DNA from: a virus | DNA length: 18,954 nucleotides | Strand: one strand, 5' to 3' | IMG/VR virus record: IMGVR_UViG_3300045988_028099 | Shown: positions 5,993 to 13,074 of the stretch, in pieces | Layout: every line of letters begins with the position of its first letter | Numbering within the stretch: the stretch's first letter is position 1 | Made by a program: the position numbers and the translations under genes | The notes under the pieces: generated by a model | Databases searched by the model: none | What the model saw: only the letters and a program-made list of their open reading frames with translations | What the model was told of the DNA's origin: nothing

Positions 5993-6161
5993 TGTCTTTC
6001 GAGCGTTGACTTTCGACTGGGATAGACATAGGTTGGACTGCCACGGCTGAGAATGCCGCCAACCATGATTTTGCTACTATGGTGGTAGTGCCCTACGATT
6101 ATCACATTTGCGCTCACATAAGACGATTCAGACCCTCCGTGATTGGAGGGTCATTTTATTT
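5993..6161 (+). ncRNA. Candidate structured non-coding RNA of about 170 nt (possible pRNA analogue); hypothetical
   Basis: The interval is ORF-free and bounded by the 5978 promoter and the 6131 terminator. Visible helices are 5994-5998/6120-6124, 6001-6005/6111-6115, 6031-6036/6059-6064 stacked on 6044-6047/6055-6058, and 6074-6079/6083-6088. Confidence 0.35.
6131..6161 (+). terminator. Intrinsic terminator
   Basis: gaccctcc-gtgatt-ggagggtc (8-bp GC-rich stem) followed by attttattt. Confidence 0.75.
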
Positions 6162-6172
6162 CCCCTGTCGCA

Positions 6173-6181
6173 TGATATAAT
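6173..6181 (+). promoter_or_regulatory. Extended -10 promoter TGaTATAAT, likely the late (structural gene) promoter
   Basis: catgatataat lies about 36 nt upstream of the scaffold ATG and downstream of the 6131 terminator. Confidence 0.55.
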
Positions 6182-6216
6182 TTTGGTGGAAACATTGTCG
6201 ATAGATAGGAGCTTGC

Positions 6217-6492
6217 ATGGCAGACCCAAACAATGAGAGCGACGAAAACACCACTCCGCCGCCAACCGAGGAAGAGAAGCAGACCGAAACCGTCGATGAC
6301 GAAATCAAGCCAAAAGAGCCTGAACCGGAACCCGATCAGCCGGACGTGAGCGCCCGACTTGATAGCATTGAAAAGGAATTGGCCGCATTGAAGGCCATGA
6401 TGGACACGCTCGGCTACACTGACCCCATACCGTCCAATAATGACGATGACGGTGGTGAAATGCAAGAGTCCATCGAAGATCTGTTCGACTAA
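6217..6492 (+). CDS. Scaffolding protein, phi29 gp7-like (91 aa, acidic, coiled-coil)
   Basis: It lies directly upstream of the capsid gene. It has an E/D/P-rich N-terminal part and a helical middle. The C-terminal SIEDLFD resembles the gp7 C-terminus TIEDLEAK. SD aggag. Confidence 0.7.
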   Translation: MADPNNESDENTTPPPTEEEKQTETVDDEIKPKEPEPEPDQPDVSARLDSIEKELAALKAMMDTLGYTDPIPSNNDDDGGEMQESIEDLFD

Positions 6493-6512
6493 AACAGTTA
6501 GGAGAAAATATA

Positions 6513-8237
6513 ATGTCTAATATTCGACCCCTCGCGGGTAAGGGTGACGTTGAAATCTTCAACGCCGTCCGCAACGCCACCAGCCCACAGTTCCAGACTC
6601 GAATCCCGTCTGCGACACAGGGTAATATCCGTAATGCGGTGGATACTATGCGCAATTTCCCGTACCTTCGCGATGAATTTACGGGGGTATTGATTCAGCG
6701 ACTTATCGGCCTCTACGTTCAGCACGCGGACTGGGACGACCCGCTCAAGCTGATCGGCTCCCCCCGCGCTCTGAAGCGTTACGGCTCCACTTATGAACAG
6801 GCTGCAGTCGGCCTAGTCAAGGCACGTACCCGCAATTTTAATAAGGAGTACTTGGGCGATGATGTGTACGGGCGTTATTCACTTCCGACCGCAAGCGTAT
6901 TCCACCCGCTGACTTTCGATCATTATTACCCCGTCACCATTCCAGAAGACGCGCTTCTGACTGCATTCGACGGTGAAAGCGGCATGTCGGATTACATTGC
7001 GGAGATCATGAACGCTCCGATTTTGTCTGACCGCAATGATATGTATCTCATGAAGACGCAGACGTTCGCAGAATATGCGCGCAAGGGCGGTTTCTACCGT
7101 GTACACACCCCCGACGTTGGCGCCGCCAATTCGACCGAAGCGGACGCAAAGGGGTTGCTGCGCCTTATCCAGCAGATGGCGAACGAACTGAAGGCGTCGC
7201 CAATGTCGGCCATGCCCCGCTATAATGCTATGAGCTGGGTTACTCCATGGCGTGATTCGGAGGCTATTTTGTTCGCCACGCCGCAGGTGATCGCCGCACT
7301 CAACGTCGAAGCATTGGCCGCGGCCTTTAACATTGACAAGGTTAATGTTCCGTACCGTATCATTCCGATTCCTGAGGATATGTTCGGCATCGGCGGCGCG
7401 GCTGGTAAGGTGCAGGCCGTGCTGACCACGGAAGACTTCTTCTTCTGCTGGGATGAAATGCTCGAAACGACGAACTCCCCCGTGAACCCGATTGACGGAA
7501 CACGCAACATCTTCTACAAGCACCGTGGCTCCATCACCCCTAACCCTTTCGCTAACGCTGTCCTGTTTTGGACGGGCGAAGGCTCCAGCGAGTCCGTAAC
7601 CCTGCCGGATACGCTCACCACTTCCACTCCGGAATTTACCTTGCGCGTAATGAAGTACGGTCAGCCTTCCATCACTCCCGAAAACGTGTCGCGTGGCGAC
7701 TTGGTGCAGGTGGAGTCTGAAATTTCGAGCGCAAATAAGGCTGAGGCGTCGTTCCAGCCGGTCGGCATCGAATACAAGGTTGAGGGCGCCACCTCGCAGT
7801 TCACTTCGATTGACAACGACGGAATTTTGCGCTGTGGTTTGGATGAAACAGCCGAAGTGCTGAAAGTCACCGCTCAGGCCACCTATATTGACCCAGCTCA
7901 CCCTGAAATCGACCAGACGGTTTCCGCAGCACTGTCCGTACCGGTGGTTGGCACATGGCTCGGCGGCTTGAAAGCGGGCCTCATCGAATCTATCGAAATC
8001 CAAGGCCCAGAAAAGGTTATCCTCCATAAAGCCACTTCATACAAGGCCATTGTCCACAAAATTGACGGCAACACAGTAGAAGTAACCAATCTCGCGCTGT
8101 GGTCGGTCGATGCGAACGCGAGCATCACCCCGAACGGCGTACTGACCGGCACAACAGGGGGAGGCAACATCGCCACTATTACCGCGAAGTTCGCGGGGGT
8201 CACCGGAACGTTGCGAGTCAGTGTCAACACTCAATGA
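6513..8237 (+). CDS. Major capsid protein, phi29 gp8-like, with C-terminal Ig-like (Big_2-type) domains (574 aa)
   Basis: N-terminal blocks align by eye with gp8 ([23 protein letters not shown] versus [37 protein letters not shown] versus LDVDVLAKAFNMNR). The C-terminal roughly 170 aa (nt about 7700-8234) has a Big_2-like pattern ([34 protein letters not shown]). Confidence 0.92.
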   Translation: [574 protein letters not shown]

Positions 8238-8254
8238 TAGATGATAACCGGTAA

Positions 8255-8294
8255 AATAGGTGTGGATAGACTTTATCCACACCTATTATTTTTT
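8255..8294 (+). terminator. Strong intrinsic terminator after the capsid gene
   Basis: 14-bp stem aataggtgtggata / tatccacacctatt, 5-nt loop, then atttttt. It is followed by SD aggagg and ATG 8306. Confidence 0.85.
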
Positions 8295-8305
8295 AGGAGG
8301 ACTTT

Positions 8306-10540
8306 ATGAGTGCCAACGATCTGTCCATCAATTTCAGTTACGCGAAATGGACGCCAAACACACGATTTAAGCTCTGCAACGTGCCATGGGATATGGGATA
8401 TAGAGATATCGTCAAATGGGATAGACAGGCTCAAAAAGAGTATTTTAACCAGCTGGACGGTATCGAGTTCACGAATTGCACCATGGCAAAATACGGGCTG
8501 CCGGTACGCTTGCCGGTGCCTTTTGCGCAAGCGTGCCAATATAATTATTTAATCGCGACGAACGACTACGACTTCGACACACCACGTAGTTGGTATTATT
8601 TCGTCCAGACATGCGACTACGTGAACGCCAACACCACACAACTCAACATCCAATTGGACGTGTGGCAGAGTTTCCAACACAATATCCAGCTCGGCAACGC
8701 CTACGTAGAAAGGGGGCACGTGGGCGTTGCCAACGAAAACGCGTGGAAAGACTGGGGCAAAACCTATCTCGACCTACCCGAAGGACTCGACACAGGAAAA
8801 TGCACCGTACTCACGAATGAGTCATGGCACCCATTGATGGGGGCTAAATCAAATTCGGAGTACTCGTATGGAATTATCATCGCCACCACCGTAAAGCTGG
8901 AAGCCGACGCCGGAACCAAAGACAACCCTACTATTCAGAGCGCTACCGGAAGCACGTTCGAAAACCAGATGAACGGAACGGAACTCTACTATCTCGACAA
9001 TACGTCCGACATTTTCAGGTTTTTCGGAGCGGGCTCGACGAAACCGTGGGCGACACAGGGGATTTGCGGGATTTACATGGTGCCGACCATCCCAACGAAA
9101 ATGCTTGAAAATCATGCCGCCAAAAACCCGAAACTATTCGGGCAGGATGTGCAATGGACGGGGTCATGCTGGCTGCTTACAGGTAATGTCGCAAATTCTT
9201 CCAGCAGATACGATGATATTATTAACATTAAAAATTTTCGCAACGCTTTTAATCTACCGGAACGCTATAAGTATCTCAAGAAATTCTTAACTGCCCCCTA
9301 TGCGTATATTGAATGCTCGTGTTTGAACGGCACCGTGATTACATATGAACCGGAGCAGATTCCGAGCGCTGATCTGATCATCCGCGAGGCATGGAATTAT
9401 GCGCCCCCGTCTCCCCGCCTGAACTTTTACGCAAGGGGTTATCATGCGGGCAGTATTGGCGAACGTCAACCATTACCGAACGGGCTCGGTTTGCCTATCG
9501 ATACGGGCGACATGCTCAACGCGTCCTTTGGGATCACGAATTTCCCAACCTTTATGGCCGTGAATAACGGTTCGGCGTTGGCATTGGCCAACAGTGCGTA
9601 CACTAGGCAATACGCCCAGCAATCCGCCGATTGGGGGTATCAGAAAACCCAAATGGGTATCAACAATGCGTACGCTCAAGCCCAGCTCGGCACCCAATAC
9701 GCAAGTGCGCAAAACAGGCTCGGCACGTCGAACCGGAACGCTATGAACGCGATCAGCAACCAGAGTGCGCAAATGGGCACCGATTTGACGCTGAAGAATC
9801 TCGGATTCAACAATCAAATGGCGCAATTAAATACGATTGGGTCGGGTGTGGCGAACGCGGTCGGCTCGGCCGTCACCGGGAATGTTGGCGGAGTGGCCGG
9901 TGCTATAGCAGGAACCGCAATAGGCGCATGGACAAACCAACAAACCTACAATAACAACGTGTCAACCGCAAACCAGCAACTTGCGAACACACAAACCACA
10001 AACAACGCCAGCACCTCTCAAGCCAACGCTTTTTCGCTCGCGCAAACCAACCTCAGCAACCAGCAGACCATGCAGCTAGCCGATATGAACAGACAGCTGG
10101 CGCAAGCGACGGCGCAAGGCGATTACGAAAACACGATCGCCGGCATCAACGCCCAAGTACAACAGACCCAGACCGTACCCCCTACCACATCAGGCGCGTT
10201 AGGTGGAGACGCTTTCAACCTAGCCAACGGCCTGATTGGTGTAATGGTACGCTTCCGACAGATACCACCCGCAGCCATGCAAGCTATCGGCGAGGTGTGG
10301 TTAAGGTATGGATACTATGTGCAAAGGTTTATGCGCTTGCCGGAAAATCTTATGGCAATGTCCAATTTTACTTACTGGAAACTGCATGAACTGTATGTAC
10401 GCAGCTCGACATGCCCCGAAGAATACCGTCTGACCGTCAAGGGCATTTTCGAATCCGGCGTGACCGTATGGACTGACCCCGATAAGATCGGTGTGACCGA
10501 TTATGCGGACAATGCGCCGCTAGCTGGTATCGCATATTAA
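8306..10540 (+). CDS. Tail knob / distal tail tube protein, phi29 gp9-like (744 aa)
   Basis: It is collinear by eye with gp9: N-terminus (NVPWDMGYRDIVKW versus DVPFSNDYKNTRWF), YVERGHV versus IVREHV, a central Gly/Ala hydrophobic loop, and the C-terminus (WLRYGYYVQR...GIFESGVTVWTDPDKIG versus FHKYGYKINR...IFDNGITLWHTDNIG). Confidence 0.88.
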   Translation: MSANDLSINFSYAKWTPNTRFKLCNVPWDMGYRDIVKWDRQAQKEYFNQLDGIEFTNCTMAKYGLPVRLPVPFAQACQYNYLIATNDYDFDTPRSWYYFVQTCDYVNANTTQLNIQLDVWQSFQHNIQLGNAYVERGHVGVANENAWKDWGKTYLDLPEGLDTGKCTVLTNESWHPLMGAKSNSEYSYGIIIATTVKLEADAGTKDNPTIQSATGSTFENQMNGTELYYLDNTSDIFRFFGAGSTKPWATQGICGIYMVPTIPTKMLENHAAKNPKLFGQDVQWTGSCWLLTGNVANSSSRYDDIINIKNFRNAFNLPERYKYLKKFLTAPYAYIECSCLNGTVITYEPEQIPSADLIIREAWNYAPPSPRLNFYARGYHAGSIGERQPLPNGLGLPIDTGDMLNASFGITNFPTFMAVNNGSALALANSAYTRQYAQQSADWGYQKTQMGINNAYAQAQLGTQYASAQNRLGTSNRNAMNAISNQSAQMGTDLTLKNLGFNNQMAQLNTIGSGVANAVGSAVTGNVGGVAGAIAGTAIGAWTNQQTYNNNVSTANQQLANTQTTNNASTSQANAFSLAQTNLSNQQTMQLADMNRQLAQATAQGDYENTIAGINAQVQQTQTVPPTTSGALGGDAFNLANGLIGVMVRFRQIPPAAMQAIGEVWLRYGYYVQRFMRLPENLMAMSNFTYWKLHELYVRSSTCPEEYRLTVKGIFESGVTVWTDPDKIGVTDYADNAPLAGIAY

Positions 10541-10551
10541 AAGGTATAATG

Positions 10552-10580
10552 GGAGAGTTATATAGCTCTCTCCATTATTT
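10552..10580 (+). terminator. Weak terminator-like hairpin after the tail knob gene
   Basis: ggagag / ctctcc 6-bp stem with a 10-nt loop, then attattt. A TATAAT box (10545-10550, no TG, poor -35) lies just upstream. Confidence 0.35.
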
Positions 10581-10591
10581 ATATAAGGACG

Positions 10592-11536
10592 GTGATTGTG
10601 GGTAAACGCAATAACGCACGCAAGGCGTCCCATTGGGATAATCAGAGCGTACTTGGTTCGATGTGGGGCAATTTAAATCTGCCCGAAATGAGGCAGTCAT
10701 TGCGCATTAATCAGTACATGAAATTGATTGAAATGTTGGCGGTATCACGTTTCAAATGGGTTAATTTGCCTCCGTACATCGATGAAAGATATTTGGAACT
10801 GACCCTTTTTGAGAACGGCCTAGCCCTCTTTTTCCCGGATAAAAGGCCGGGCGTCAACCGTTTTATGATCACTTCCGGCAATATCAGCGGTGTGAACAAT
10901 TATAATAACCCAACCAGTTTCCAGCCAGTGGCAACCAATTATTCACACCCGCAGATCGGGTCGAAGGAATGCGTGCCCATTTGGGATAATCAGCTTAGGT
11001 GCACAATGATTGATGTCATGTGGAATTACGCCACGCGACTAGCCATTGCAGATCGAGCATTGGACGTGAATCTCGATAACATTTCGGTACCACTGATCAT
11101 TGCCACGTCCGAAACCAACAAACTCACCGCCCAAAACCTCATGAAAGCACGCGAAGACGGCGACCCGTACATTTACACGTATGACAGCGCGGATATTACC
11201 GGAATGTTCCAGACCTTCCCCAACGTCACCCCGTTTTTGGCGGATAAGATCATCACCACGAAAACGCAAATATGGAACGAACTTGTAAACTACCTAGGCA
11301 TTGACAACAGCACGACGGAAAAGAAGGAGCGGCTGCTTGAATCGGAAGTCACGGCAGGCAACTCGCGTACCAACGTTTTCCGCTTGAGCTATCTCAAAAC
11401 GAGACAGCAGGCGTGCGATACGATTAACCGATTGTGGCCGCAAATGGCCGACTCGGGGTACCCAATCGGCATCGAGTGGAACGACACCACTTCGGGTGGA
11501 CTCTTGGACGTTGACGGAAACAAGGAGGAGGAATAA
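10592..11536 (+). CDS. Portal / head-tail connector (upper collar), phi29 gp10-like (314 aa)
   Basis: [23 protein letters not shown] matches [50 protein letters not shown] matches [27 protein letters not shown]. The start is GTG 10592 as in the track. GTG 10598 (8 nt after agga) is an equally good alternative. Confidence 0.92.
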   Translation: [314 protein letters not shown]

Positions 11537-12348
11537 TGGTGCAGGACTTGAGCATGTATGCTATCAAAGACAGCATGGCGGATTACACGCTGACTTTAGG
11601 TAATCTTATCGACCGTGGTTTCAATACGGACGAAAAACTCCATTTATCTTCACAATATTATCCGATTTTCGATGAAAACTATAGGGCGAAATTGAACGAA
11701 AAAATCGTAGCACACTACGCACTACGCGAAATCGGAAGCGAAACCCCGCAAATGTTCGTGTTCTATTTAGGGCGTACCATGCGAGAGCAGATGGATTATT
11801 ATAATCAGCTGTATTTATCCGCGCAACGCAAGTTCGACCCTTTTATCACGTCCGACATCAAACAGTCCATGGACTCTACGAGCGTTAACGAATCCAGTGG
11901 CAAATCTTCAGGCGAACAATCCAACAAGTCCGCGGCAACCAGCACGTCCGATACGACGGCGGACAATTCGTCAATGACGTTCAATTCGGAATTCCCACAA
12001 ACCCGCATTGACGACTTCCGCCAATACGCAACCAGCGCAAGCCAAACGGACTCCACCGGTAACACGCACACCACCACGCAGCAGGATAGCACCGCCACTG
12101 CGACTAGCACTAGCAATACGGATTACGCGCATTCCTCCGACAAGGGCAATAGCGTGTCGCATACGATCGGAACCAGCGGCTCGCAATCCCAGCTTTTGCT
12201 TAACTGGCGCGACACTATGCTCAATATCGACCTCATGGTTATCAACTCGCTGGAGGATTTGTTTATGGGTATGTGGGGCAGTGGCGACAATATGACCAAC
12301 GTTCCGCAGCTTTATAGCACGTCACTTGCCTATAATCTCGGCCATTAG
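11536..12348 (+). CDS. Lower collar protein, gp11-like (270 aa) with a Ser/Thr-rich central segment
   Basis: TAATG overlap with the connector gene and SD aggaggagg. The position and size match gp11. The N-terminal roughly 110 aa is globular, followed by a low-complexity S/T/N/Q region. Confidence 0.7.
   Translation: MVQDLSMYAIKDSMADYTLTLGNLIDRGFNTDEKLHLSSQYYPIFDENYRAKLNEKIVAHYALREIGSETPQMFVFYLGRTMREQMDYYNQLYLSAQRKFDPFITSDIKQSMDSTSVNESSGKSSGEQSNKSAATSTSDTTADNSSMTFNSEFPQTRIDDFRQYATSASQTDSTGNTHTTTQQDSTATATSTSNTDYAHSSDKGNSVSHTIGTSGSQSQLLLNWRDTMLNIDLMVINSLEDLFMGMWGSGDNMTNVPQLYSTSLAYNLGH
12324..12336 (+). promoter_or_regulatory. Possible internal promoter (ACTTGCCTATAAT)
   Basis: It matches the 3464-3477 motif (acttgc-tataatct) at 15 of 16 positions, with one inserted C that displaces the TG. 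Confidence 0.3.
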
Positions 12349-12380
12349 AGTATACTTAGAAAATACAGATTGGAGGATTT

Positions 12381-12893
12381 ATGGACGGAATTAACACTTG
12401 CGCCGCCCCCTTGGACATCGACCCACGACAACGCTATTTCACCACCGTGCAGCCGTTCTCGTATCGCGACACGTTAACGGTGCTCGGCTATGTGCAGGAA
12501 CTCTCAGATCATTTGGACGAGTTGCGCGAACAATTGGATAATCTCGCCAAAGACGAGATTATGGACGTGGACACGCTCACTAATCTCATCAAAAATGTGG
12601 ACTCACAGCTGAAACTGCTTGCCGATCGAGTTGAAGATTTGGCTGCACAAGTCGGCACTCCGCATGACATGCAGTCTTATAATCCCACCGCCGGACGATA
12701 CGAAACCAGTCAGCCGACAAACCGCGATCTGTTCCGAGAACTTGCAGTGTACGGAGCTCGTGTAGAAGATCTTGCAACCATCAGTACAGCGGAAGCGGCT
12801 AATCATTCGTGCCTGGAAACCGCGGTAATCGGAAACCATACTATCTTCGGAGCTACCGAACCAAGGGTTACTCCAGTCAACGAGGAGGCTTAA
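12381..12893 (+). CDS. Hypothetical structural protein (170 aa, central coiled coil)
   Basis: SD ggagg 5-6 nt upstream. It lies between the collar and appendage genes. Heptad-like segment LDELREQLDNLAKDE...LKLLADRVEDLAAQV. I recognise no homologue. Confidence 0.75.
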   Translation: MDGINTCAAPLDIDPRQRYFTTVQPFSYRDTLTVLGYVQELSDHLDELREQLDNLAKDEIMDVDTLTNLIKNVDSQLKLLADRVEDLAAQVGTPHDMQSYNPTAGRYETSQPTNRDLFRELAVYGARVEDLATISTAEAANHSCLETAVIGNHTIFGATEPRVTPVNEEA

Positions 12894-12894
12894 C

Positions 12895-13065
12895 GTGGAC
12901 GACAAAACCTACAAGCACACACCATATTATGAACTGCCGCTATATCAAGACGCGACACCACAAGATTTACGTGATGGATATAATGAAGCTATGCGGCTTA
13001 TTGATAAAAAACTACATCAAATAGACATTTGGCAGTTCGACCACTCCACAGTGGACGATAAGTAA
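12895..13065 (+). CDS. Small protein (56 aa, GTG start) carrying a tail-fibre N-terminal anchor-like motif; below the ORF-track cutoff
   Basis: GTG 12895 lies 5 nt after GAGGAGG. My translation is VDDKTYKHTPYYELPLYQDATPQDLRDGYNEAMRLIDKKLHQIDIWQFDHSTVDDK. The motif Y-L-LY-D-TP-D-RDG-N--M--ID is shared with the N-terminus of the next gene. Confidence 0.55.
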   Translation: MDDKTYKHTPYYELPLYQDATPQDLRDGYNEAMRLIDKKLHQIDIWQFDHSTVDDK

Positions 13066-13074
13066 GGATTTAAA

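Noticed and set aside
5987-6216. Small ORFs in the polymerase-scaffold gap (12, 7 and 33 codons from ATGs at 5987, 6065 and 6080)
   Set aside because: None has an SD. The 33-codon ORF runs through the terminator hairpin and the late promoter. A non-coding interpretation is preferred but unproven.
6879-8027. 382-aa antisense ORF inside the capsid gene (also 7220..7510, 7661..7870, 7898..8230 and 8037..8282 on the minus strand)
   Set aside because: The plus strand encodes a protein with clear collinear similarity to phi29 gp8. The antisense translation is R/G/H-rich with no start context. Long antisense ORFs are expected in moderately GC-rich, codon-biased genes.
9596-10190. Possible tandem DNA repeat or CRISPR-like array in the Q/N-rich part of the tail knob gene
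   Set aside because: The repetition is compositional at the protein level. I could not find exact or regularly spaced nucleotide repeats, and the region is inside an intact ORF.
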